64,000 nt of DNA from the NCBI RefSeq assembly GCF_009914755.1, contig NC_060937.1. One strand, given 5' to 3'. This document shows, piece after piece, positions 40,518 to 54,600 of the stretch. The position numbers were made by a program, and so were the translations under genes. Numbering within the stretch: position 1 is the stretch's first letter; every line of letters starts with the position of its first letter. Source of the DNA: the human T2T-CHM13v2.0 reference genome, Homo sapiens. The notes beneath the pieces were generated by a model, which was given only the letters and a program-made list of their open reading frames with translations, was not told the DNA's origin and made no database searches.

Positions 40518-40987
40518 TCAGTGAAGAGCTTGTCAATGGAAGAAAAGGCTCTGCAGGCTTAGAGGTATTTCTCCAGCCACATCCAGAAGATTTTATCTAA
40601 GCTCTTGTATAGAATTATCAGTAGTATATAAATATGATTAAAACATTAATTTGTAAATGTATGTTTATATTAGTTTCTATAATTATTTATGTTAATGTGA
40701 ACTCTTCAGTAAGTTGGCCCATAACTACTTCAAGAGTGTAAATTAACTTCCTCTGAAGTAGTCAAACTTTCAAATCAAAGAACAGTTTTAATTTTTCTTA
40801 GTCAGAACACAATATCCTGAAAATCAGAATAGACAGGAAACAAAAGAAACTATCACAACATTTCTAAAAGTGCAATTTGCTGACCACTTGCTTCCGTAAT
40901 GTCTTTGATTCTTATTTTTATTTTAGTTTTTCTTTGTACTATTATTTTTCATGTGGCTACTAAAAAAATTTAAAATTCACACATGGC

Positions 40988-41800
40988 TTTTTTTTAACTT
41001 TTATTTTAAGTTCAGGGGTACATATGCAAGTTAGTTACATGGATAAACTTGTGTCATGGGAGTTTGTTGTACAGATTATTTCATCATCCAGGTATTAACC
41101 CTAGTACCCATTAGTTATTCTTCCTTATCATCTGCCTCCTCCCACTCTCCAACCTCTGATAGGCTAATGTGTTGCTCTCCTGTATATGTCCATGTGTTCT
41201 CATCTTTTAGCTCCCACACATAAGTGAGGACATGCGGTATTTGGTTTCCTATTCCTGCGTTAATTTGCTGAGGATAATGCTCCATCCATGTCCCTGCAAA
41301 GGACATGTCCAGCTTCATCCATGTCCCTGCAAAGGACATGATCTTGTCCTTTTTTATGCCTGTATAGTATTATATGGTACATATATACCACATTTTCTTT
41401 AGTCTATTATTGATGGGCATTTAGGTTTATTCTATGTCTTTGCTATTGTGAAGAGTGCTGCAATGAACATATGTGAGTATGTGTCTTTATAATAGAATGA
41501 TTTATAGTCCTTTTGGTATATACCCAGTAATGAGATTGCTGAGTCGAATAGTATTTTTGTCATCAGGTTTTTGAGGAATCACCACACTGTCTTCCTCAAT
41601 GGTCGAACTAATTTATACTCTCACCAATAGTGTATAAACATTCCTTTTTCTCTGTAACTTCGCCAGCATCTGTTATTCTTTTAATTTTTAATAATAGCCA
41701 TTCTGAATGGTGTGAAATGGTGTCATTGTGGTTCTGATTTGCATTTCTCCGATGATCACTGATGTTGGGCTTTTCTTCATGATTGTTGGCTGCATGTATG
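40988..41800 (-). mobile_element. 5'-truncated L1PA (PA11-14-like)
   Basis: ttttaagttcaggggtacat...ttgttgtacagattatttcatcatccaggtattaa...tacccagtaatgagattgctg. Confidence 0.92.
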
Positions 41801-42009
41801 ATTATGATTTTTAAATGCAACAGGACTATTCTTAATAACATAGAAAATTCAAGTTTTGTTAAAAAGCATCCTACAAAGAGTTACTGGTAATCTGCATGTC
41901 TAACAATCTTCTCAAGATCTTCCTCACCCAGCCGAGTCTTGAGGACCAATATTTATCAACTGGCAGTTGAACAAAGTCTATTCATATTTTATGGTCTACT
42001 ATTAACAGC

Positions 42010-42364
42010 TAATATGTCTTCGCTCTGTGTCCCCACTCAAACCTCACCTTGAATTGTAATAATCCCTACCTGACAAAGGGCGGTACCAGCTGGAGATAAT
42101 TGAACCATGGGAGCAGTTTCGCCCATGCTGTTCTCATGACAGTGAGTTCTCACAAGATCTGATGGTATTATTAGGGGCTTCCCCCTTCACTCAGCACTTA
42201 TTCTCTCTCCTGCCACCGTGTGAAGAGTTGCCATCTGTAGTGATTATAAGTTTCCTGAGGCCTCCAAAGCCATGGGGAACTGTGAGTCAGTTAAACATCT
42301 TTTCTTTATAAATTACCCCAGTCTCAGTTATTTCTTCATAGCAGCATGAGAACAGACTAATACA
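42010..42364 (+). mobile_element. THE1D-like solo LTR
   Basis: ctctgtgtccccactcaaacctcaccttgaattgtaataatccc...gaacagactaatACA; perfect 5-bp TSD ACAGC (42005-42009 / 42365-42369). Confidence 0.92.
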
Positions 42365-42991
42365 ACAGCCCTCAGTAAAAACTGTGCTAGTAAATTTCAG
42401 TAGTTTCTCACTGAAGTCTCTGTTGAAGTCAGTCTTAATCATCAAAACTGTAAACCAAATCTTCCACTTTCAAATGTGTTCTAAAGCAAAATGTTCAAAT
42501 TTCTAACTATATCAAACATTCAAACCTGCAAAAACGGCATTCTGCTTATAGGAAAATGTTGATCTCTTCTTACGTTTGATACTCTTGCATGAATACAATT
42601 TTTTTTTCCTTATTCCCTTCTCCTCCTCTTCTTCCACTAACTTGTTGTTTACATAATAAGTTTTATGTCATGCTAGTAGAGTTGGTATGTAGTTGCATAA
42701 AGACATAACAATTGGAATGGTGTTAGCTAGTAAAAATTTAAAATTAGATCAAGATCTTCAAGATCCTCAACCACATATTAAAGCTTCATAATTTTGACAT
42801 TTGGGAGAAGACATGAGAGAGGTTCTTTATAAAATTCAGTTTCAAGAACCAATTTCAAGGTTGCTATACTTATGCAATTTAGTAAAATGCACATAGTAAA
42901 AGTCTGAAGTGTTTTATGGATTTCTCTTTTTCACTTACTTTGCCAAATTAAGAACATGGTAAAAACTTGCCCTTATAGCCATCTAAGTCTC

Positions 42992-43346
42992 CGCTATAAT
43001 TTGAATATATCCCACAAAGTTGATGTGTTGGAAAATTAATTCCCAACACAAAATTTGAGAGATGGGACCTTTAAGAGGTATTTAATAATAAATTAATTAA
43101 TGTTGTCATTGCTGGAGTGAGTTTGTTATTGAAAGAGTGAGTTTATTATAAAAGTGAGTTCAAATCCCTCCTACCTGTGTGATACCTTCTGCCTTGTTAC
43201 GAGGCTGCAAGAAGGCCCTCACCAGATACAGCCCCTTAATTATGGACATCCTTGTTTCCACAGCCATGAGCCAAATAAATTTTGATTCACTGTGAATTAC
43301 ACAGTCTGTGGTATTCTGTTACAGCAGCACAAAATGAACTAAGATA
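42992..43346 (+). mobile_element. MLT1A/MSTD-type MaLR solo LTR
   Basis: gctataatttgaat...atgtgttggaaa...gcaagaaggccctcaccagat...gtggtattctgttacagcagcacaaaatgaactaaga. Confidence 0.85.
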
Positions 43347-46300
43347 GAAAATGATCTCTAAAGCGAAAAATGATTTCTAATGCATAAAATGTAATATTTT
43401 TATTAGTAATTTACAGTGTTTTAAACGTAAGACGGCTGAGGCAATATGAAACTGATGAAATGAACAGATATAACTCCAGGTAAAGACTAAGAACATTTTC
43501 TAACTTTGTCCACTGCCACCCTCCTCCTCATCCACACGTAAATGCACCCATGTATGCGTGATTTTGTAGAATACATATATCAATGAGAATATGTTTATTC
43601 CAGTGGAGGAGGAGCTTAAAATCTCACATGTTGATATACAATAAGCATTTCATCTTCTCATAATTATCCACAGAAGTATCACAGAAGCCAGTGACAATGC
43701 TTAGAAATGCTACAGAAAATACAACTAAAAATAATTTAATTGTAAAAATCCAAGAATTTCATAGTTAAAATTCTAAAATATTTCAATTTAGGTATATTTT
43801 TTACCCTGTGTAGATTACTTCTCTATTACCATATTTGAAAACCAACATTTCAATTTAATCAATCCATGTGCCTATTCAAACATATAATTACACTAAAAGA
43901 CAAGGGTATCCTTAGCCACAACTGAAGGAATGATCAAATTCGACTCCCTGGCTTTCTCTGCAACTTTCTCATCCTAATTTCTTTAAAAATATATATAAAT
44001 CCTGTTCAAGTAACTGCAAAATCTTCTCAGTGAGTGCTATGGATCCAGACTTTTCTTTACATTTTTGCAAAATCCTGCTCACTTTTATATATTTTTGTAG
44101 GAAGCTCATGAGCTAACTCTTTGGAAAAAGTCTGCAACATCAATTTTACTGTTTTTGTATTTTTCTCTTTCAGAAATATCTGAAAGTTAAATAAGTCATT
44201 ATGTCTTCACATCCCAAATTTCTTCATTAAAAGGAAGCTAGCAGAAGACAAGTGGAGGCCAGGACATTTTTTTGACTATATTCGATTTGCTCAAATGCTT
44301 TTTTCTTCATCTACAAAGATGATTATGTGTTTTTTGTCCTTTATTTTATGAAATGGTTTCATACACTGTTTGATGTTCACATGTTAAGCCAACATTACAT
44401 TTCTGGGATAATTTCCACTTGATCATGGTATATGAATTTTTAATATGTTACTGCATTCAGTTTGTTGGGGTAAGAGTTTGTTTTTAGGATTTTCACATTT
44501 GCATTCAGAGAGGATATTAGTCTAGTTTTTTGTTTGTTTGTTTGTTTGTTTCTTGTAGTCTTTGCCTTTTTTTTTTGGTATCAGAGTAATACTGGCTCCT
44601 TAAAATAAGAGCGTTTGCCCTTTTCTTTTACTTTTTTCTTTTTGGCAGAGGTTGGGGTGAGTGTTAATTTATCTTTAAACATTTGAAAGAATTCACCAGT
44701 GAAGCCATCATCTGCTCCCGGACTTTCCCTTGTGGTAATATTTTTTATTGCTAAGGCAATATTGTTGCTTGTTATAGATCTACTCAGATTTTCTATTTCC
44801 CTTTGAGTCAATTTTGGTAGTTTATGTTTTTCCAGGATTTCTTAAATTCCATATTGTTTATCAAATTACTGATTGTTTGTTGGTGTACAATTACAAGAAC
44901 AAATATAAGAGAATCACAATTTTTTTATAATGCTTTGTATTTTCTGGGGTCTCTAATAACATCCCTACTTACATTTTAGTAATGTGAATCTGTTCTATTT
45001 TTTCTTTTTCAGCCTAACTTATGGTTTGACTTTAAAAAGACATTTCAAAGAACTAATGTTCTTTTTGTGTGTGATATCTATTGCTTTCTCATTCTTTATA
45101 TCATTTATTTGTTTGTTTGTTTCTATTAAACCTTTTCTATTTCCTCCCCTCTGCTTGCTTTGAGTTTGGTTTGCTCTTCTTAGTCTAGTTTATTTAAATG
45201 AAATATTGTTATTGATTTAAGATCTCTTTTCTTTTTTAATATAGTCATGTGCAAATACAAGTTTCTCTTTAACCCATGCTTTAGCTACATCCTGTGCATT
45301 TTGTCATGTTTGATCTTTATTCACTTGTAGTGTTTTCTAATTTTCCACCCATTGGTTATATAGGTATATATAGTTTAATAACCACTTAATCAACAATTTT
45401 CCACATTTATTTTAATGATTGATTTCTAATTTAGTTCAGTTTTTGTCAGAAAATGTTCTTCATATAATTTTCATTTTTGCAAATATGTTTAGTCTTTTAT
45501 TGTGATGCTTAGTCTATCCTGGAGAATATTTTATGTACACATGGGAAAAATATGCATTCTACTATTATTAACTTAGGAGTTCTATAGATATCTGTTAAAT
45601 CTTGTAGGTTTTAGTGTTGTTTAAGTCTTCTAGTTCCTCGTTGATTATATAGTTGCTCAAGCCATTATCAAAGGTGAGGAATTAAAATATCCATTATTTT
45701 AATTCTTTTTTCACTTTGTGTATTTGGGGGCTCCATTGTTGCATACGTGCTTATAATTATTATATCTTCTTGACATACTGACATGTCAATCATTTTATAA
45801 TGTCCTTTATCTGTAGTTACAATTCTTGTCTCATAGCCTATTTTGTCCAAAATTAGTATAACTACCCCAGCTTTCCTTTGTTACCATTTGCATAAAATAT
45901 TTTTTCTATCCTTTTACTTTCAACTTATTTGTGTCTTGTATAGTATATCATTGGGTCACATTGTTCTTAAGTCCATTTTGCCTATCTCTGAATTTTAATT
46001 AGAGTTTTTAACCCACTTACTTTTACTTTAATTTCTGATAAAATAAAATTTATGTCTGTGATTCTGCTATTATGTCATTTTATTTCTCTGTAACTCAATT
46101 ATTGTGTTCTCTTGCGTTAAATAAATATTTTCTAGTGTGCCATTTTAAAGCTTTTGTTATTTCTTTTACTATATTTTGAGTTATTTCCTTTGTGATTGAC
46201 CTGGTGATTACAGTAAACATTTTAATGTATAATATAACAATCTGGCTTACATTAATAACAACATAATTTCAACAGTGTTACACACAAATTACATCTTTAG

Positions 46301-47151
46301 CATTGTGTGTCCATCAACACACATTTATAATTACTACTTAATGCAATTATCTCTCAACTGAAATAGAAGAAAAAAAAAGCTACCAGCAAAAAATACATTT
46401 GTATCTTCTTTTTGTTTTTCCATGCAACTATATAGGCATAGTTGCGTTTAATGTTACTCGATTTCTTCTTGTTTATTTGAGTTGGTCTAGTGTCTGTTCA
46501 TTTAAATGACTAAGACTCCCTTAATATTTCTTGAATTTCTCAATTTTGTCTATCTGGCAATGTCAATATTTATTAATTTATTCTTTTTTTGAAGGCTAGT
46601 TCTAATGAATATACAATTTGCCATTGACAGCGTTTTCCTTTTTTCACTTGGAATATTCAATTGCATAGCTTTCTGGCCACCACGATTTCTGATGAGACAT
46701 CAGCTGTAAATCTTATTAAGGACCTCTTGTTTATCATGAGTCACTTTTCCTTTCTTGCTTACAAGATAGTCTTTTTGTCTTTGGCTTTAACAGTTTTACG
46801 ATGATGTATCTAGGTGCAAATCTCTTTGACTTTATCTTACTTTCAGTTTGTTGATTTGGATGTAAAGATTAATGTTGTTCTTCAAATGTGTTAAATTTTA
46901 CCATTATGTTTTCAAATACGCTTTCTGCCAGGTTTTCTCTATCCTCTTCTTAGACTTCCATTGTAACAATGATAGCAAAATTGCAGGCATAAATTTCATT
47001 TTAACACCACCGCTTGATTGTTACCATTGGTCTCTGAAATTCTGTCCACTTTACTCTATTCCTTTCTGTTTCTGTTCTCAGGATAGATAACCTCAACTGA
47101 CCTAAATTTAAGCTTACTGATTATTTTTTGTTCACTCTAATCTGCTATTAA

Positions 47152-47592
<441 letters not shown>

Positions 47593-49419
47593 TAATCTGT
47601 ATATCTCTTTATTAATATTCTCTATCTGTATGATATTATTCTTGTTTTTCCCTTCCATCTTTGTATCTAGTTTATTTTAGTTATTTGGACATACCTAAAA
47701 ATACTTTATTTAAATTCTTTGTCCAATACATTAAATATTTGGACTTACACAGGGAGAGTTTCTATGGATTGTTTTTATTTCTGTTTACAAGCCACACTTT
47801 CTTGTTTCTTTGCATGCCTTATACATTCTTTTGCTTGAAAAGTGGACACCGTAAATAATACAATATGCCAACTCTAAAAGTCAGATTCTCCCCTCCCCCA
47901 GGGTTTGTTGTTGCTGGTTTTGGTTGTTGGTGGTGGTGTTTGTTTTTTTAGTAACCTGTTTGAATTAAACATAAGTCTATATTTTTTTTCATCTATGGCC
48001 ACTGAAGTCTTCGATTGGTTAACTTAGTAGTCAGCAAATCACTGGTTAGATATTTCATTAAATGCTGGGGATCATTAATTTTCCAGTTCTTTCAAGGTGT
48101 TCTTTGTGCATGATAATCATGGCTTCCACCTCTGCTTTACTTCTTGCTTGCAATGAGCCTCAAAGTTAGGCAGACATGAGACTTTCAGGCCTTCTCAGAT
48201 CTTTCCTGACATGTGGACAGTCTTCTGCATTCATATGGTTTTCTAGACTTCCAAGAATATGTGAGTTTTTCAGATCTCTTATGGCCATCTTATTCCTTAG
48301 CTTTTCTTTTTAAGGTTTTTTTGTTTTGTTTTGTTTTGTTTTGTCCCTATTGCTTTTTCCAACTCTTATCCAGCATCTAGAAATTTGAGCACCCATAAAA
48401 TTAGACAATGTCCTATAATCGTATTTGACACTTGGAAATAAAGCATTTTTCACTGGGCGAGCTCTGAGGCAGGTCAAATAAAACCAGCTTGGCAAGTAAT
48501 ATGTTCTGAGGGAGCCTCAGACAGGTCAAATAATGACACTTCTGTGGCAATGAGCCTTCGAAGGAGCTCCAGCCTTGTTCTACTCCCCTCAGTGACTTCC
48601 AGGTAACTGCTTTTACTGTGATCATAGGGCATTGGTTTGTAAGGATATGGCAGAGTGAAGAGATGGGAAAAGGGTGAGGAAATTTCCAGGAGCTCACTGG
48701 AGTTCAGTTATTGCTGAAATTCAGTCATCTTACTTGAACAAACACTTTGGATTGCTGCAAGCTTTTGTTAATATCTAGAGTTCTATCAATGATTATTCTC
48801 AACATCTTTGCAAATTTTCTTGTTGCTCTTATTTTGGAGATAATTTCAGAGGTCCTTTTCCATCTTTACTGACATCACCAGCTCCATTAAATTTTAAGTA
48901 TGTTTATTTTACCCACGTGAAATATACTTTCACAAATTTTATAAAATGTGATGATTATACCAGTATAAACACAAGTCAAAGATTTTCTTAACTCATAAAT
49001 GAGGGAATGAATAGAATGGTAAATCTGATTCAAAGACACTTGAAGGAACTAAGTATCTACAGTCAAGCAGTTGGAAGGAATACAGAAATGAGTGTTCTAA
49101 TAGATACATAACTTCTTAATGCCTTACCTGCATTGATACTATTACTTTTGTAGTTATCCTCTTTACAGTACAGAGATCATTTGCATCTCTACTGGAGATA
49201 AAAATCTATACATTGACATGTAACTGTGCAGAGCCTGTATCTTCATCAAAACTGTATAACAAGTCAAAGAAAGGCTTGCAAGCTAGAAAATTAAATCATC
49301 CTTTCGAAGACCTGTTAGACAATACTCCACAACAAAAATGGAAGCATGTGGAGTCTTCATTTTGCCTTATTTTTCAATTTTGGATAATTTAAATTTTGTT
49401 TAAAAAATTGATACTTTGG

Positions 49420-49925
49420 TCGTTTATTGATTCAAATGAAACCACTCAAAAACATAGGGTCTTAAAAACAACTGCCATTTATTTTCTTTACGAATTTGCA
49501 ATTTTGACAGAGAATGGTAGTGCTCCATGGAGCAATGGTAGGGAGAACTTTCCCGAAGGTTGGATAATCCATTTCCAAGATGGCCCATTTTTCACTTGGC
49601 TGGAAAAGTTTGGCTGGCTGTCAACTAGGAGATCAGATGAAGATGCTGCCTGAGCTCAGTTCCTCTCCACATAGGCCTCTCTGTGTGTCTTGAGCTTCAC
49701 AGTGAATAAAATAGATCCAGAGGAAAGCTTGATCACATGCTCTGCCATAAGTTCAGTCACATAGCACCACTCCTTTCTTATTCTAGTAGTTAAAGCAATC
49801 ACAAAGATTCATGAGACTTAAGGGGAGGAAACATACATTCCACCACTTGATAGATTCCAGAAATGAATGCATTGACAAGTAATGTAGAAAGAACTTTTGA
49901 AAAAATGCAATCTTTCACAAACCAC
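49420..49925 (-). mobile_element. MLT1H-like MaLR LTR
   Basis: accactcaaaac...ttccaagatggc...ggctggctgtc...tcagttcctctccacataggcctctc...cattccaccacttgat. Confidence 0.75.
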
Positions 49926-51003
49926 TTGATTTTGTTTTGTTTTGTTTGATTTTGACTTTTTGTGTGTGTTTTTAAAATATGTGGCACTAGGTTATGAGTA
50001 TTTTGTTTCTGAACCTGTGTCAATGACTCAATCAGCTTTTTGAAGAGAAAGATGGTAAAATACGTTGATCCAATCATTTGAGGAAAATCAGAGGTATAAG
50101 TTACCTAAAAGTGTCACCTAAGGAATTGACAACTTTTAGAATTGCATCATTAATACGACCGACATGAGTTACCAAGATTAGATCCTATCATTTTAAGTTA
50201 TAAGTACATCAAACTCAACTTACTATAATTTCATTAAACAGAAAAACTAACTCTCGTGGGCATTTTTTAAAGTACATGGCTTAATTACTGAACATATTTT
50301 TAGACTATGACTACATCTGTACAAAGTTAAAAAACTTGGAAAGTGACAATTTTAGTTAATCAATGAATTGGTGTTTGTTGCTGGCGTGTCATCAGTTTAT
50401 TTAATTGTTTGTCCATGGTCCATGTTTACTTCTGGATGTAGCAATATAGTTTGGTATAACAGTGATTGAAACAAAAGTCTTAGACATGTGTTTGTTCATT
50501 TAGAGTCCTATCACCAGTGGGAAAACTTGTGCTTACATAAATGTCACTGTACTAATTAGTGGAACTTTTAGATGGCACCTTTCATAACTACAGGAACTCA
50601 GCAGCTGTGACTCTTGGCTATTTCACATAGTCTTTGTTAAGAAGTCCTAGGGGTATATTTTATAAGCTCCTCCAAAATTCCACAGTTTCATCTGCTCTGG
50701 ATTCTTCATTGAGGGACCCTGCACTGCCTCTGCTAGGAACTAATATGAGTTCTCAGAATGCCTATGTTCATGAAAGACAAGAACAACCTGTCTGAGATGG
50801 AGAAAGAATTGACCTCAGCCCAAATTTGCACATCACTTTTCCTTATAATGCTGACTGTAATTAAGTTTGAAAGAGTTTTGCAGTTGTCGAATTACTATTA
50901 TTAAATAGCTTCTTTAGCTTCTGATCCTAACGGCACTTTCTCTATAGAGTTCTCTCAAAAGTAGTCTACCATGGTGGGCAGACTACTGATGGCCATGCCA
51001 CTA

Positions 51004-51083
51004 CTCTCTCTCTCTCTCTCATACACGCACACTCTCTCTCTCTCTCATACACACACACACACTCTCTCTCTCTCTGTAGCTCT

Positions 51084-51128
<45 letters not shown>

Positions 51129-51140
51129 TCTCTCTCTCTC
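51004..51140. repeat. Compound (CT)n/(CA)n microsatellite array
   Basis: Alternating CT and CA blocks; the longest CA run is about 20 units. Confidence 0.95.
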
Positions 51141-51959
51141 CCCTACTCCCTCATCCTCTTCCACTTTCCCCTGCCCCATTTCTCTCTCTCATACTTTGCA
51201 CAAACCTCCCTCAGTCTCTTCTCCCGAGTCCTGCAAACAATCCGAAAAGCTCTTGATCAACTCATGAACATATGAATATATACCAGAGAGATGGACAGCC
51301 TACCAGTTCATAAACATTCAAATGTAATCTTGGTTCGAGCCCAGCTGGGACACTCTGCTATATTAAGATAGAAAGTAGAGGAAGCCCTGAATTAAATAAT
51401 TATTTGTTTGAATCAGAGATCCTTCTTTAAGGCTGTTAAGATCTATCAAATGACAAATGAGGAAAATGTAATGACAAGCGATTTTTTAAAAATCAGAGGA
51501 GTGCGCATAATTTCAAAAGTCAGAATGAAATAAAGATACGGAAAGGATTATCCCTCTGTGTCTACTGTAGAATTAATTCTTCAGAGGCTCCTCTCTGATC
51601 AAAGGAAGACACAGTGCAATTATCTCTCACACAGGGAACATGTTCTTCCAAATGTGTGAATCCCTTTTGATTTGTTTCTTAAAATTTGTTGAACATCTTA
51701 CAAAAATAGTATTCAATCAAATAAAGCATAACTGTGGAATAGAGTATAGGTCTTAAAAAGCAGCAACGTCTTGTTTTAGAATTTTCGATTGTGCCTGAAA
51801 CCCAGGAGCAACTTTCCTTATTTAAAATTCTGATCATCAAATGAGTAAGTTGGAAGAATGTTGAGTGAAGATAAGGTATTTTATATTTTGACATACATTT
51901 TAAAAGAGAGCACTTCAGGGACCTACCACATGGGAAGACAGAGTCATTCCCACCTCTCA

Positions 51960-52230
51960 TTATTCATGTGCTTCTGTCCTGCTTATCAGTCCCTTTTTCA
52001 GAGAGGGCTTTCCTGATTATTCAATCTAAATCAGATGTTTTCCTCATTTTTTGCTCCTTCTTCATAACCTTTATCAAAATCAGAAATTATGAACTTATCT
52101 GTGCCCTTATTTCTTTACTTTTGTCCCCTTCACTGAACTGTAACAGAAGTAACATCCATTTTGTGAATATAGCACAATGTCTGATACAGAGTGGGCACCC
52201 AGTGAATATGTAAAACTGAATAAATAAGTC
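51960..52230 (+). mobile_element. L2 3'-end fragment
   Basis: ttttcagagagggctttcctga...agcacaatgtctgatacagagtgggcacccagtgaatatg...tgaataaat. Confidence 0.65.
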
Positions 52231-52290
52231 ATACCATCAAAAGAGTGCAGTATTCTTAATTGTCCAGTGTTATACTTCAGAAATTATGCT

Positions 52291-52752
52291 TGTTGAGAGA
52301 TACTTCTCCGTAGATGTCTTGTGCTGCTACACATCTTTCAGGCTTGCCACAAATACAAAACCTTGGCTTCTCTGTGGCAGGGACTTCTCAAGGTGATGTT
52401 TACACTAAATGGCCTTTGCAGATGAAATAATATCTCCCTCCAGAAATAAAGACCAGGTTCTCTTACTGCCTGCTATAAAAGATGTAGATTGTACATGACT
52501 GATGTTTCTCAACTATGACACAAACCACTGCCTACATAGCATCTATTTGGTCTCCTCTCAGGGATTAAATGAGAGTTAGACCCTCTGGAGCTTGAGGTGC
52601 AAGAGTAACTGATATGGAGTTTATTGCATGCTTTGTCATGAATAATGGATTTCTTTGTCTCTGGCTCAAGTGGTTTATGTCAGAATCCATGAAATAATAA
52701 CCAGCTGACTTATTAGCCCGAAAGTGGAGTAAAATCAAATTCTAGATCCTGA
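52291..52752 (+). mobile_element. LTR40-like ERVL solo LTR
   Basis: TGTTGagagatacttctcc...tctccctccaga...cttactgcc..tataaaagat...ctttgtctctg...atccatgaaa...gtaaaatc matches the remembered LTR40 consensus. Confidence 0.75.
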
Positions 52753-53211
52753 GTAATAATACATAGAATTACTGAGCTCTTGTAATTTTCTAAGCAAAAT
52801 AATAGAAGTAAGAATTAGCATTTATCACTTCTTATAGATTTTCCTACCTAATTCTCATGTAATAATATTAAGTTATTAATATTGATACTATTGTCACCAT
52901 TTTACATAAAAACCAAGTATAGCCCCTAAAAGGAAACTAACTTGCCCAGTAAGTATTGAAATTATTACCCAGCTTGTATGTAAAGAGAAGGTAGCCTGTG
53001 GTCTTCATTATTTTGTTACAGCATCTCCCTTGGGCAGCATCTCATTTTGGTTTATTAATGTGGTAGTAACTTCAAAAGAAATGGATTCTTTGATCTCTGA
53101 TTATATGCAATCTGGAAGCAGGTGTTTTATCAGTCACTAACAATTGAAGTGAATGCGTTACATCAGTAAAGCTAATAATGTAATAACATTTACATCCCAA
53201 TGATCTTACAG

Positions 53212-53385
53212 CAATGGTTCTCAAAGTGTGGTTTTCAGATCAGAAGCATCAGCATTGTTAGAGAACTTGTTAGAAATGCAAGTTCCTAGACCCATCACAT
53301 AACTTTTGGCATTTAAGGATTAAAATATGTATGTTTACTAGTCCTCCAAGTGATTATAATGCACATTAAATTTTAAGAACCACAA
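53212..53385. mobile_element. MER5A hAT-Charlie MITE
   Basis: caatggttctcaaagtgtgg...gcatcagcat...gaacttgttagaaatgcaa...ttaagaaccac (TIRs). Confidence 0.88.
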
Positions 53386-53639
53386 TATTCAAGTATAATT
53401 TGATGAATTTATACAATAGATGCAAAGCCAACTCAAACAAAACCATGTCCTCTTGGTGGCACAAAGATGCAACAATCAGATGAGATAAAAACACATCCTT
53501 TAGCCAATCTGGACACTATCCGCCATGGAGCAAAGCAGGCAAACAGAAAAGTCCAGGATAAATTCCAGCAAGCCAGGGTAAATACTGCCAGTCAACAAAG
53601 TTGACTATGTCAAGGAAGAGAAAACCACATCTACTATTA

Positions 53640-53870
53640 GATGAGGTCTTACCATGTATTATGCACTGTATTATATGGATATAAATCCATTTAAATTAAA
53701 TAACAAATTTACATGGTGGAATCAATTATTATCCATATTTTCTAAATCACAACACTAGGAGCCAGTGTTATGCCTAATTCACAGAGTTAGAAATAAAAAA
53801 TGATGGAATTTCAGGCCGGATATGTTTAAATCTAAGGCGCATGCTCATGATCATTGTTCACTGTAGCCTC
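53640..53870 (-). mobile_element. MIR remnant
   Basis: ttaccatgt...gcactgt...attattatccatatttt...cacagagttag. Confidence 0.5.
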
Positions 53871-53999
53871 CCAGACAGTACTTACTGCAGATGCCAGTGG
53901 GCAAAATTCAAATTTTGGCAAAATAACGAGGCAACATCAAAGGCTCTAGGAATCAGGGTTGAAATTCCTATATTGGCCCCCTGCTATGTTTAATGCCAT

Positions 54000-54600
54000 C
54001 CACCATAAATGATGCAAAATGCAGCTCTTTTAGTATCAGTTGTGGCCATCCTTCTTGACACTCTCCAAGGCATCAATTGTCCATATTACTTCTTTATAGC
54101 TCATCTACAGTCATCAGTTCATGTCCTTCTCCTACCTCCAGACAGTCAGAATCTTTCCATCATCGATAACATGGATGACTTCATCATCTGACACCTCACT
54201 CTGTATTATTTCTTGCTCCAGTCTTGTTCCTAGGGAAGTGTATATTCGCATTACTTTCACTTTGCTTGTATTACTTACACTGCTTAAGTCATTCCTCCCT
54301 TGTCTGGCTCAGTTAATATGGTCTCTCTTAAATGCTATCTCTCCATGAAATATTCCTCTACCACTATTCTCCTATCTTCCTTAGAAAAGTTAGTTTCATC
54401 TACCTTTGCAGGTTGTATTTACACCAGTGAATGATTATTTGCCAGTATAAACCTCCTGGACTACAAACTCAATCAGGGTACAGATGAAGACCCAGGCTGT
54501 AATCCCTGCAAAAATCCTGGCACACAGTAAATGCTCAAAGAAACACCCCTTGGTAGATAGGCAGGCAATATATCTATATATTAATGAATTAATTTCTTCC
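54000..54600 (+). mobile_element. L2 fragments
   Basis: gtataaacctcctgga...cctggcacacagtaaatgctcaa...tgaattaat. Confidence 0.5.

Noticed and set aside
50971-51267. 98-aa ORF with LS/HT repeats
   Set aside because: Translation of the CT/CA microsatellite
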